A stretch of 64,000 bases of DNA from an uncultured Eubacterium sp. (GTDB lineage Bacteria; Bacillota; Clostridia; Lachnospirales; Lachnospiraceae), in the NCBI GenBank assembly GCA_910584595.1, contig CAJUBQ010000011.1, positions 17,974 to 81,973 of the forward strand, written 5' to 3'. The notes beneath the pieces were generated by a model. That model was given only the letters and a program-made list of their open reading frames with translations. It was not told the DNA's origin and did not search any database. The position numbers were made by a program, and so were the translations under genes. Positions 18,012 to 26,982 of this stretch are shown here, one piece after another; position 1 is the first letter of the stretch; every line of letters starts with the position of its first letter.

Positions 18012-18387
18012 AAAAGAAAATTTTATATTGCAGTGGCACTCTGCCGAATAAAAAAAACCGTAAGTCGGCAGGGTGATTTGCTATAACCGGCAAATAGTGT
18101 TCCGGGCAAAGTTTCAGCTTGTGGCTGACCCGTTGCCGCTGTTCGCTGTCCCCTCGCATGATTTCCGGGTTGAAATACCGTTCTACGGGAAGCCCGCAGA
18201 TTTTAATAAGCTGGATCACAACCGGGAGGCTGGGGATCGTGCCTTTATTCTCAATATTGGCAAGATAGCGCCATTCAATACCCACCATTTCAGCCAGCGT
18301 TTTACGCGCCAGATGTTTTGCTTTCCGTGCGGCTTTTACATCCGCGCCGAAAGTTTCAAAACCGGGACAATCTTCAACATTCGCCAT
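17944..18387 (-). CDS. XRE-family HTH regulator, native C-terminus replaced
   Basis: Paralog of 8457-8804 (KTLAEMVGIEWRYLANIEN...LPVERYF...KLKLCPEHYLPVI). Similarity ends near 18075, and the frame then reads into the 3' end of the methyltransferase cassette. Confidence 0.6.
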   Translation of the reverse strand: MANVEDCPGFETFGADVKAARKAKHLARKTLAEMVGIEWRYLANIENKGTIPSLPVVIQLIKICGLPVERYFNPEIMRGDSEQRQRVSHKLKLCPEHYLPVIANHPADLRFFLFGRVPLQYKIFFFTSLTRQLSLDYLHNTVFLLHR

Positions 18388-18770
18388 ATAGCATCACCCA
18401 TTTACATTGTATAATTCATACTTTGTCCGTGGAATGTTGTTATATGCGGGTTAATTAAACTTTATAATTCATATTTCTTTGATTATAAGAACGCAAAACC
18501 ATGAAAACAAAGCAAACTAATCCGGGCCCTCCTGAACAGCTCCTAAGAAAGCGCCGGACATGTCAGCCTGTTGGCCCTATACCCATCGTTTTCCTATGGG
18601 TTTATTCTACGCATTTCAAAGCTCGTTCCGGCAGGTATTTGATATATCATTCTGCCACCCCACCGACCACCGCCGAAAAGCCTTGATTTCTGCGAGCTTT
18701 TTGTCCTCTAAATGCGTAGATAGGATGAGCATTTCAGCTCTCGTGTTCTGCGTACTGTTTACAGTGATGC

Positions 18771-18789
18771 TACATTCTATAATTCATAT
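18771..18789 (+). repeat. recurring promoter-like motif TACATTnTATAATTCATA
   Basis: TACATTCTATAATTCATAT here. Near-identical copies lie at 8820-8838 and 18403-18420, and the core TATAATTCATAT recurs at 18463-18474. Confidence 0.5.
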
Positions 18790-18846
18790 TCTGTTCCTTG
18801 TATTCTTCGAGAAAACGAATTATAATGAATAAATTGGAGGTGTATT

Positions 18847-19041
18847 ATGGACTATATGACTTTGAAAGAAGCAGGTGAAAAATGGGGCGTGACTCCCCGA
18901 TGGATAAATTATTACTGTGCTGCATCCCGTATCCCCGGAGCCATAAAAATGGGGACAGTATGGTTAATCCCGAAAGACGCCGAAAAGCCCTTAGATATGC
19001 GAACGAAACAAGGAAAGGAATTAAAACATGAAACCATATAA
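18847..19041 (+). CDS. small helix-turn-helix DNA-binding protein
   Basis: MTLKEAGEKWGVTPRWINYYCAASRIPGAIKMGTVWLIP is an excisionase/MerR-like HTH pattern. RBS GGAGGTG upstream. Confidence 0.6.
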   Translation: MDYMTLKEAGEKWGVTPRWINYYCAASRIPGAIKMGTVWLIPKDAEKPLDMRTKQGKELKHETI

Positions 19042-19699
19042 GATACTGATTATTGAAGATGATCCTGTTATACAAAGCGAATTGGAAATCCTTTTGCGCG
19101 GCAATGGATATACTGCTGTTTCAGTAAAGGATTTTTCAAAGGTGAACGATACTTTTAGAGCAGAAGATCCACACCTTGTCTTATTAGATATTAAATTGCC
19201 CAATGAAAGCGGCTTTTCTATCTGTTCTCAAATTCGCAGCAATTCAAATGTTCCAATTATTTTTGTAACAAGCTGCAATACAGATATGGATGAACTCAAC
19301 AGCATCATGCTGGGCGGTGACGCCTTTATTACAAAACCCTATCACACGGCGATTCTTCTGGCAAAAATCGCATCCCTACTCAAACGGTCATACCCGGTAC
19401 AGCAGAATGAGCAAATGGTCTATGGTGCTACGGTGCTACACTTGGAATCCAGTAGCTTGGATTATGATGGACAGAGTGTGGAACTAACCAAAAACGAACT
19501 GAAAATTCTTTATTACCTATTCAAAAATGCAGGAAAAATCTGTGCCCGTAGAGATATAGTAGAGTTTTTATGGGATAATCAACTCTATGTGGATGACAAC
19601 GCTCTAAGCGTCAACATCAACCGTATCCGTGAAAAATTGACAGGTATCGGTCTGACAGATTTTATCAAAACAAAGCATCGACAGGGGTACACAGTATGA
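19028..19699 (+). CDS. OmpR-family response regulator
   Basis: Receiver domain ILIIEDD...LVLLDIKLP plus a winged-helix C-terminus ...FIKTKHRQGYTV. Confidence 0.9.
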   Translation: MKPYKILIIEDDPVIQSELEILLRGNGYTAVSVKDFSKVNDTFRAEDPHLVLLDIKLPNESGFSICSQIRSNSNVPIIFVTSCNTDMDELNSIMLGGDAFITKPYHTAILLAKIASLLKRSYPVQQNEQMVYGATVLHLESSSLDYDGQSVELTKNELKILYYLFKNAGKICARRDIVEFLWDNQLYVDDNALSVNINRIREKLTGIGLTDFIKTKHRQGYTV

Positions 19700-20709
19700 A
19701 CCGCAGACAGTATTGGAAAAATAGAATCCCATTCCTGCTGACCAACCTGATCTGCATGGTTGCGCTTACTGTATTCCTGCTGGTATGTGGCAATCCTATT
19801 TCTGTGGTACTACTGATTTCTGCGGTATGGGCGCTGATCTTGTTGGCAGGTCTGTTCCTTACTTACTGGAAGCGACAGCGACAAATGCGACAGCTTTTAG
19901 ACATGACCGGTCAGCTTTCGGAACGCTATCTCGTTTCCGAAGTGATGGAGTTGCCGGAACAGGCAGAGGATCAGGTTTACTATCGGCTTTTGAAAATGGC
20001 CGGAAAATCTATGTTGGAACAGATTGGAACGGTTTGTCAGGAACGTCAGGAATACAAGGAATATATTGAACAGTGGATTCACGAGATCAAAACGCCTATT
20101 ACCGCTATGAAACTACTGTGCGAAAACCATCGGACAGACTGGACAAAGGAACTGCTGTTGGAACTCGAAAAGACCAACCGCTTTACTGAACAGGCGCTTT
20201 ATTATGCCCGCAGCGAACATACTGAGAAAGATTATTCTGTTCGTGAAATGGCTCTGGCCCAAGTGGTGCATCAGGCGATTGCGGACAACAAATACCTGCT
20301 GCTCCAGAGCGGGGTGCGGCTGAAAGTGGAGGAAATGCAGGATACAGTTTATTCTGATGAAAAATGGGTGCGGTTCATTCTAAACCAACTAATTGCCAAT
20401 GCGGTCAAATATCGGGCCGAGCAGCCGATTATTCGCTTTTCCGCCCGTAGGCAACGAGATCAAGTGGTTCTTGTGGTGGAGGATAACGGAATCGGAATTT
20501 CACTCGCTGACCTGCCTCGCGTCTTTGAAAAAGGATTTACTGGGCAGAACGGGCGCATGATCCAGCAGTCCACAGGGATCGGCCTATACCTGTGTAAACG
20601 CCTCTGTGACAAGCTGGGTATCAGCATTACAGCGGCATCATCTGAACATGGCGCATCTATTTCTCTGGCTTTTCACATTAACTGTCTGATCCATGAGGTG
20701 CAGAGCTAA
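19696..20709 (+). CDS. sensor histidine kinase (BceS-like, intramembrane-sensing type)
   Basis: Two N-terminal TM segments with almost no loop, H-box WIHEIKTPITA, and an HATPase region VEDNGIGI...GIGLYL. Confidence 0.85.
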   Translation: MNRRQYWKNRIPFLLTNLICMVALTVFLLVCGNPISVVLLISAVWALILLAGLFLTYWKRQRQMRQLLDMTGQLSERYLVSEVMELPEQAEDQVYYRLLKMAGKSMLEQIGTVCQERQEYKEYIEQWIHEIKTPITAMKLLCENHRTDWTKELLLELEKTNRFTEQALYYARSEHTEKDYSVREMALAQVVHQAIADNKYLLLQSGVRLKVEEMQDTVYSDEKWVRFILNQLIANAVKYRAEQPIIRFSARRQRDQVVLVVEDNGIGISLADLPRVFEKGFTGQNGRMIQQSTGIGLYLCKRLCDKLGISITAASSEHGASISLAFHINCLIHEVQS

Positions 20710-20810
20710 AATGGTTCTGCACTTCTTACATTTCTGTTAGAACTTTGTAAGAAAACTTGATACAAATGGCGTTCATATTATTTTACAATAGGATTAGAGG
20801 TGATAATACT

Positions 20811-21563
20811 ATGAAAGAAGTTTTGAAGCTGGAACATATCCAGAAGTATTACGGAAATGGCGGTAACATCACAAAAGCGATTCAAGACATCAGTTTTTCC
20901 GTTCAGGAGGGGGAATTTGTAGGGATTATGGGCGCGTCTGGCTCCGGCAAGACCACCCTGCTTAACTGCATTTCCACTATTGATACGGTCAGCGCAGGAC
21001 ATATCCATTTGGACGGGACTGATGTGACAGAGATAAACGAAAAGCAGATTGCCCGGTTTCGCCGGGAAAATCTGGGCTTTGTATTTCAGGACTTTAACCT
21101 GCTGGACACCCTGACCATTTCCGAGAACATTGCTCTAGCATTGACAATCAACAAGGTTCCCGCAGGTGAGATCGACGGGCGGGTACAAGAAATGTCCAGT
21201 AAACTAAACATCACGGATATTCTGAAAAAATACCCCTATCAGGTATCCGGCGGCCAAAAGCAACGGTGCGCCTGCGCCAGAGCCATCATCAACAATCCTA
21301 AGCTGATTCTGGCGGACGAACCCACCGGCGCACTGGACAGCCATTCGTCCCAGATGCTGCTATCCACTATCCAGAGCATCAACGAAACGCTGGGTGCAAC
21401 CATACTAATGGTAACGCATGACGCCTTTTCTGCGAGTTATGCAAATCGTATTCTCTTTTTGCGCGACGGCACGATTTTTACGGAAATCCGCAAAGGCAAC
21501 GATTCTCGCAGAACTTTCTTTAACAAGATTTTAGATGTCCTCACCATGATGGGAGGGAATTGA
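20811..21563 (+). CDS. ABC transporter ATP-binding protein (BceA/MacB-like)
   Basis: ATG 20811 follows AGAGGTGA. Walker A GASGSGKTT, signature VSGGQKQR, Walker B LILADEPT. Confidence 0.9.
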   Translation: MKEVLKLEHIQKYYGNGGNITKAIQDISFSVQEGEFVGIMGASGSGKTTLLNCISTIDTVSAGHIHLDGTDVTEINEKQIARFRRENLGFVFQDFNLLDTLTISENIALALTINKVPAGEIDGRVQEMSSKLNITDILKKYPYQVSGGQKQRCACARAIINNPKLILADEPTGALDSHSSQMLLSTIQSINETLGATILMVTHDAFSASYANRILFLRDGTIFTEIRKGNDSRRTFFNKILDVLTMMGGN

Positions 21564-21567
21564 AATT

Positions 21568-23622
21568 ATGCTTGCAAGTCTTTCACAACGTAATATGAAA
21601 CGGCAGTTAAGTGAATATAAGATTTTTTGGTTTTCCCTTATCGGCGTTGTTGCCCTTATGTATGCGTTCAATTCTCTTATTGTTTCTCATACTATGCAAC
21701 AGCTTTTTCGTTTATTTGCCGAGAGCGGAAACGGTGATATTGGCGTGATTGCCGCCCTTTTTTCTGCCGTCGTTGTATTTGCACTTGGGTGGTTTATCAG
21801 CTACATGATGGACTTCATCTTACAGCGTCGCAGCAAGGAAATTAGCACCTATATGATATTGGGTGTAGAAAAAGGCGACATTTGCAAAATGATATTTAAG
21901 GAAAATGCTTTTTTGGGCCTTATGGCTGTTATTGTGGGCTTTGGCTTTGGGATTTTAGTTTCTAAAATATTAGAAAGTTTTGTTTCAAATCTATTCCACT
22001 TTCAAGAAGCATTATTAGCTTTTCTTTCTGTATCAGCAGTCGGCTTGACTTGCATCGAATTTTGCATTGTCTATATAATCGCACTGATTAAGACGAATAG
22101 AAAAGTACAAACGGTTAAATTGATAGATCTGTTGAATTACAGTCGGAACAACAGTAGTGTTCGTGAACACCAATCTAAAACTGGCTTCATGTTTTTGCTG
22201 ATTTCCGTGGTAATGCTCATTGTAAGTTTCTATTTGTTTGCGGGAACAAAACAGACAGTGGCAAGCATTACCGCAGGTGCAGTTTCGGCAATGTTGGGGC
22301 TGTTGTTCTTCTTTCGAGGATTTATTTATATCATACACGAAATGCTTAATAAATCTCAGAACTGGAAATACAAAGGAAGTCGTTTAGTTACCTTACGAAT
22401 GTTCCTTTCAAAATCCAACAAAATGAGTTTCTCATTAGGTGTTATCTCAATTTTATTCACCTGCACCATCGTTTGTATTGGTATGACAAATGCTTTTTAT
22501 CAGGTCATGGAGAAAGCAGTTGTTATGCAGCCATTCGACCTTGCGATTGTTCATGTAGGTGAGAACGGTGATTATAGCCAATATTCCTCATTCTTGAATG
22601 AACGCATTGATGTAGACAACCAATATTCCTATTGCTTATATACAGATAAAAGCACACAATTTACTGACATTAGAAATCGTGTCTTAACAAAATACTGGAA
22701 CAGGGCAAGCAAAACCGTATCAATCAACGACTATGTTATTGCAGAAAACCAGTACGATGCCTTTATGAAATATAGTGATTATTGTAATTTGCGAGCAATG
22801 TTGGGCCTGCCTCAAATACCATTGTCAGAAGAACAATACATCATTCATTGCCTGCCATATCTGAAAGATACATTTACAAATTTTCAGATTGAAAAAGGCA
22901 CTCTGGTTTGCAAGGATATTTTTACCGAGGCGTTCTCACAGTATGGTGGATATGGTAACGGCCAAGATTTTGTAATCGTTGTCCCGGATCACTATATTGA
23001 AAATATGGAAGCGATGTACAGCCTCTATGTTGCTCAATCCGAAACAGTGATTGATATGTCTGAATTGGAAAACGAATTTCCGCAAGTTAGGCCATTGAAC
23101 TCCAATGTGGTTGCTTCCGGGGAAAACGGATACACAACAAAAATCCTCGACAAAGGAAACTATTACTACATGGGCAAATTAGCAAGTACACCTACCAGCC
23201 AAGCTATCTTAATTATTCTGCCATTGTGCTACTTGTCGCTGGTTATCGGCATAATTAGTATTGTAATACTCGCTGTTCAACTTTTGACGGAAGTGAAAAC
23301 AATAAAGCGTCAATACAATGTAATGAGAACACTTGGAAACGAGGTGATTGTTCTTGAAAAAATGTTGAGAGATCATATATTTCTTTACTTCGCATTGCCA
23401 TTTATTCCTGCAATAGTCATTGGTAGTTGCTTACTAAAGTCAATGAGCCATACGCTTTTTATAGCTTCTTATGATGTGCCTGTATTTGATAATCTAACCG
23501 CATTGATAGCACTTGTGGTTTTGAGTGCTTTACTGATTTTTACCCTTATTTATCTCCTGTATGCGTTTATTGCCTCTCAGTCTATGAGGAAGGAAATAAT
23601 CCCTCTAACATTAGAAAAATAA
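21568..23622 (+). CDS. FtsX-family ABC permease (BceB-like)
   Basis: 684 aa. TM clusters at both ends flank a large central soluble loop, the usual BceB architecture. Confidence 0.8.
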   Translation: MLASLSQRNMKRQLSEYKIFWFSLIGVVALMYAFNSLIVSHTMQQLFRLFAESGNGDIGVIAALFSAVVVFALGWFISYMMDFILQRRSKEISTYMILGVEKGDICKMIFKENAFLGLMAVIVGFGFGILVSKILESFVSNLFHFQEALLAFLSVSAVGLTCIEFCIVYIIALIKTNRKVQTVKLIDLLNYSRNNSSVREHQSKTGFMFLLISVVMLIVSFYLFAGTKQTVASITAGAVSAMLGLLFFFRGFIYIIHEMLNKSQNWKYKGSRLVTLRMFLSKSNKMSFSLGVISILFTCTIVCIGMTNAFYQVMEKAVVMQPFDLAIVHVGENGDYSQYSSFLNERIDVDNQYSYCLYTDKSTQFTDIRNRVLTKYWNRASKTVSINDYVIAENQYDAFMKYSDYCNLRAMLGLPQIPLSEEQYIIHCLPYLKDTFTNFQIEKGTLVCKDIFTEAFSQYGGYGNGQDFVIVVPDHYIENMEAMYSLYVAQSETVIDMSELENEFPQVRPLNSNVVASGENGYTTKILDKGNYYYMGKLASTPTSQAILIILPLCYLSLVIGIISIVILAVQLLTEVKTIKRQYNVMRTLGNEVIVLEKMLRDHIFLYFALPFIPAIVIGSCLLKSMSHTLFIASYDVPVFDNLTALIALVVLSALLIFTLIYLLYAFIASQSMRKEIIPLTLEK

Positions 23623-23700
23623 GTAGAATAGAAATTTCATCTGCCGGACGACGGCAAAAGAAAAAAGCCGTCGTACAGCAGCCCTATTCACGCGCCCATG

Positions 23701-23738
23701 AAACGGCAGCTCTAAATTTGAGCCGCCGTTTCCTTTTG
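23701..23738 (+). terminator. Rho-independent terminator
   Basis: AAACGGCAGCTC / GAGCCGCCGTTT (one mismatch) followed by CCTTTTG. Confidence 0.55.
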
Positions 23739-23892
23739 CAGAAAACCCAACGACGACCCTACACCTTGCAATTTGACATGGCGGCAATCAGGAGGACGCC
23801 GCCATGCACGGAAAAGTTTTTCGACATAAAACAACAAAGGCCATCTTATTAAAAAAGCCTGTTCTGCATCGTTTTTTTGCCACAAATAGATT

Positions 23893-24162
23893 TTATTTTA
23901 TCTTTATCTCGTCTGTATCACTAACCAGCCATTCCATTGATACATGCAAGGCTTTTGCCAGCATAAGCAATTCTGCATCGCAGACATGTCGCTGGTTCTT
24001 CTCTATACGTGAGATGATCAGAGGCGTCATATCCTCCATGCCCATAAACTGAATCCTTTGGGCAAGCTCCTCTTGTGTAATCGGGGGCTTTTGCAGTGCG
24101 CGGCCCAATCTTACTTTATCAGAGCATATATTTCCTTTTATTGTAAACATGCTTCTACCCAT
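23893..24162 (-). CDS. XRE-family HTH regulator
   Basis: ITQEELAQRIQFMGMEDMTPLIISRIEKNQR is an HTH_3-like pattern. It is divergent from the plus-strand gene block. Confidence 0.65.
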   Translation of the reverse strand: MGRSMFTIKGNICSDKVRLGRALQKPPITQEELAQRIQFMGMEDMTPLIISRIEKNQRHVCDAELLMLAKALHVSMEWLVSDTDEIKIK

Positions 24163-24213
24163 TCATAAATCTCCATTTTCTCTGTCTTATTTAGATATTT
24201 TTTATCGCGTCTA

Positions 24214-24273
24214 TTGATTTTATACTGAAACAAGATATAATGTTGGATAGGGTGGATATTTATTATCTTGTTT
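24214..24273 (+). promoter_or_regulatory. promoter with overlapping inverted repeat (candidate operator)
   Basis: TTGATT (24214-24219), a 16-nt spacer, then TATAAT (24236-24241). AAACAAGAT (24228-24236) and ATCTTGTTT (24265-24273) form an inverted repeat. Confidence 0.4.
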
Positions 24274-24517
24274 AGATAGAAATATGCTTTTTTTATGATT
24301 GTCCGCGACCAATGCGGTTTATGCTTTGATAATAGCCATGTAGTGAGATTGCGTAGGGAAGAACTTCATTGGCGTGGTATGGCAGATAAAATGGCACAAA
24401 AGTGGCATAGGAAATGCCGATGACATGGAAAAGAAAATCTGTTATACTTATATCGTCTACAAGTGGGTTCTCAGGAATCTGCTTGTTTTTTTATTTTCAG
24501 GAAAGGAGTTCGATACT

Positions 24518-24907
24518 ATGAAATACTGTCCATATTGCGGCAAAGAACTTGCAAATCCGGCAGCATCTTTTTGTACGGAATGCGGGGAATCGTTATCTTC
24601 TGCGGTACCGGAGGAAGCGCCGGTTACCGAAGCGCAGCGGGAGAAGAAAAAGAGCAGCAAGAAGCATGTAAAGAAAAAAAGATATGCAGGAAAAACAAAA
24701 AGACCAGATGTTCCTGCGAAAGCTGGTGGAGCATCTGAGCCAGTGAGAGAAGATGATTATGACGGCTATTATGATGATGTCCGTCCCATTGATGAAGGGG
24801 GAGGGCGTGAGGAGATTGACAAGGCGCTGGTTAAAAAGATTATATTGGTGGTGGCATGCGTTCTCTTAATTGCCGGAGCTTGTGTTGCACTTATGTACTT
24901 GATATAA
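24518..24907 (+). CDS. zinc-ribbon protein with C-terminal membrane anchor
   Basis: ATG 24518 follows GAAAGGAG. MKYCPYCGKEL...FCTECG, a K-rich linker, and a terminal TM segment ILVVACVLLIAGACVALMYLI. Confidence 0.6.
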   Translation: MKYCPYCGKELANPAASFCTECGESLSSAVPEEAPVTEAQREKKKSSKKHVKKKRYAGKTKRPDVPAKAGGASEPVREDDYDGYYDDVRPIDEGGGREEIDKALVKKIILVVACVLLIAGACVALMYLI

Positions 24908-24981
24908 ACAGCGTAATAAAATGTTGTAAATCACCTTATCCAATCGTGTAATGTAATTGAAAGGTCAAAGAGGTGATGAAC

Positions 24982-25545
24982 ATGATTTATTTGTCCAAAG
25001 GGATTGTAAAAGAAAACTCCACGGAACATCTTCTCCAGGTGGCGAGATGTGGTCAGGAATATAGCTTATCCGGAGAACAGGCGGTGTTGTGGCTGAACGG
25101 GAGGTTTGGATTTTCCGAAGTTAAAACAGAATCGGAGAAGCGGACGCTGAAGCATTTGGCAAGAATGGGTCTGGCAGAAACGGGAGCAGAAAATACTGAT
25201 GTGGCAAGATACAGAATCCTCACACAGTGTGTTTGCTGCCCGGCAATCAATGCAAAACCAGAGATTTTTTTGAGCCGCGCAGAAAAGGAAATATTAATGT
25301 GGCTTTGGAATGCCGGACTTCGGCTGACGGTAGCAGAAATTATCTTTCTTAGAGAGCATAAGATCAGGCCTGAACCCCGATATCTCCATGCTGAAAACCG
25401 GCAGGCGTTGGTGGAGGCGATCTACACAAAGAATACCATCGCAGATAATTGTCTGGAGCAGATCATGGAATGCGCAGAATGCAGGGATGAAACCATAAGG
25501 ATATTGCTCGGCCTGCTGAAGAAAAAGAAACTAATCGTATTGTGA
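24982..25545 (+). CDS. hypothetical protein
   Basis: ATG 24982 is 6-7 nt after AAAGAGGTG. No family recognised. Confidence 0.5.
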   Translation: MIYLSKGIVKENSTEHLLQVARCGQEYSLSGEQAVLWLNGRFGFSEVKTESEKRTLKHLARMGLAETGAENTDVARYRILTQCVCCPAINAKPEIFLSRAEKEILMWLWNAGLRLTVAEIIFLREHKIRPEPRYLHAENRQALVEAIYTKNTIADNCLEQIMECAECRDETIRILLGLLKKKKLIVL

Positions 25546-25555
25546 GGTGAAGCAG

Positions 25556-26005
25556 ATGAAGGAGAGATTTTATGAGTTGCCAGCACCTTTACAAAAGCAG
25601 ATTGCCATAAGAATTGTAGGGGGTGCTGTTTTCTTGCTGTTGTTTGTTATCATCTTGCTTGGTTTTCGGGATTTCTATTTTAGCTTACCCTGCCTGCTGT
25701 TGTCCGGGTTTCTGCTTATAAACGGGATTCGACTATGCTATAATAGCTTTGCTGGCAACTATATGTGCATCCAGGGAACCTGCGAGAAAATTGAAACGGT
25801 CGGGCTCCGAAAAAGAACCAAAGGGATCTGGGTTCAACTGGAGGGAAACGTAGTGAAAATTCCTATTCGGCAAAGAATGAAGGTGCTCTCTATTGGCGAT
25901 ACTGTTATTATATACTTATCAGACAAAACCCCGGTATATGAGCATGAGGGCAATTATATGATATGCAGCTACTATGCACTGGGAATAGAAAAGAGAGGTA
26001 ATTAA
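25556..26005 (+). CDS. hypothetical membrane protein
   Basis: ATG 25556 follows GAGGTGA. Two N-terminal TM segments. Confidence 0.5.
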   Translation: MKERFYELPAPLQKQIAIRIVGGAVFLLLFVIILLGFRDFYFSLPCLLLSGFLLINGIRLCYNSFAGNYMCIQGTCEKIETVGLRKRTKGIWVQLEGNVVKIPIRQRMKVLSIGDTVIIYLSDKTPVYEHEGNYMICSYYALGIEKRGN

Positions 26006-26006
26006 A

Positions 26007-26168
26007 ATGGAAGCAGATAAGGAGATGTTGAATCGGCTCTTGAACGAAATACAGGAGTTGGTCAAGGAAAACGAAAATGAAGACGGCACCTACCGATTTG
26101 ACTTGCTGAAGGCAGTCATTGCTTTGGATTTCGCAAAAACGGAGATTGAAAAAGCTATTTTTAAGTGA
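26007..26168 (+). CDS. small hypothetical protein (53 aa, below the track cutoff)
   Basis: ATG 26007 starts 1 nt after the upstream stop, preceded by GAGAGG. The product MEADKEMLNRLLNEIQELVKENENEDGTYRFDLLKAVIALDFAKTEIEKAIFK looks helical. Confidence 0.4.
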   Translation: MEADKEMLNRLLNEIQELVKENENEDGTYRFDLLKAVIALDFAKTEIEKAIFK

Positions 26169-26181
26169 TTTTTCAGATGGA

Positions 26182-26210
26182 TTGACTATTGAAGCTGCAT
26201 ATGCTATAAT
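26182..26210 (+). promoter_or_regulatory. near-consensus sigma-A promoter (copy 1)
   Basis: TTGACT, a 17-nt spacer, then TGcTATAAT (extended -10). TGGATTGACTATTG is identical to the sequence at 41408-41421. Confidence 0.6.
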
Positions 26211-26216
26211 GCTTAT

Positions 26217-26306
26217 ATCAGTTTCAAGATTTCCAAAGAGAAATCACGAGTTTCAGAGTTTTCAAAGTGTCAATTAGCACAATTGTGCTGGTTGGCACTT
26301 TTTTTG
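26217..26306 (+). ncRNA. candidate ~90-nt structured RNA / leader ending in a terminator (copy 1)
   Basis: Hairpin GATTTC/GAAATC (26228-26245). Terminator stem 26266-26280 / 26285-26299 has three T.G wobbles that only pair on the plus strand, followed by T7. Homologous to 41447-41534 with compensatory changes. Confidence 0.45.
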
Positions 26307-26388
26307 TTTCTTTTGGTTTCTGCCTGCAAAGCAGGTTTGAAATAAATATTTTTTATAGCAGGTAACCCCTGCGAGAAAGGAGATTTCC

Positions 26389-26886
26389 ATGTTAAAAGTT
26401 TTTGCAACACAAGTCGTCGTATCCAAAGGTTATGACAACACGCCAGCTCTTCGCTTTTCTGAGAATGGTGATTCTGTGAGGTTCCGTATCGGCAAGAAGG
26501 TCTATGATCCTCATGCTGAAAACGACAGCCGCTGGATCAACCTTCCGGTCAAAGCGTTTAACGGCGTATGCGAGCGCATCAAGAAGATGCAGCTGAAAGA
26601 GGGTTCCTTTGTGAATCTGATTGGCAGGCTGGACGAAGATTCCTGGGAAGATAAGGATACCAAAGAAACCAGAAAAATGATGGTTATTATTCTGGATGAC
26701 ATTGAGTATGCTTCCGGTGGAGGCAAGTCCAAGGAAAACCAGGCAGCTGCAGGACAGCAAAATGCGGCTCCCCAGAATACTGCTCCGCAAAATGCTGCTT
26801 CCGTTCCTGCGACAGGCGCTGAAGCATCCGGAAATTTTACCGGGTATGAAGCATTTGGCGGCGGATCATTCTTTGATGAGAATTGA
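26389..26886 (+). CDS. ssb: single-stranded DNA-binding protein
   Basis: OB-fold-like N-terminus (RFRIGKKV...WINLPVKAFNGVCE...GSFVNLIGRLDEDSWEDKD), a Q/A/N-rich linker, and the acidic tip GGSFFDEN. Confidence 0.75.
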   Translation: MLKVFATQVVVSKGYDNTPALRFSENGDSVRFRIGKKVYDPHAENDSRWINLPVKAFNGVCERIKKMQLKEGSFVNLIGRLDEDSWEDKDTKETRKMMVIILDDIEYASGGGKSKENQAAAGQQNAAPQNTAPQNAASVPATGAEASGNFTGYEAFGGGSFFDEN

Positions 26887-26917
26887 TTGGAGCAACAATT
26901 GAATCGGGCGTATTAAG

Positions 26918-26961
26918 GCGCACATGAGTTACAGATACTGTATGCTCATGTGCGCTTTTTT
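26918..26961 (+). terminator. Rho-independent terminator
   Basis: GCGCACATGAG / CTCATGTGCGC perfect 11-bp stem followed by TTTTTT. Confidence 0.7.
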
Positions 26962-26982
26962 GCGTTTCAAAGGAGGTGTCTT

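Noticed and set aside
26170-26340. Frpo-type single-strand promoter (a long ssDNA hairpin that recreates -35/-10 boxes), as in plasmid leading regions
   Set aside because: The -35/-10 region has no extended complementary partner nearby. The boxes form an ordinary duplex promoter with 17-nt spacing, and the conserved hairpins lie downstream in the transcript.
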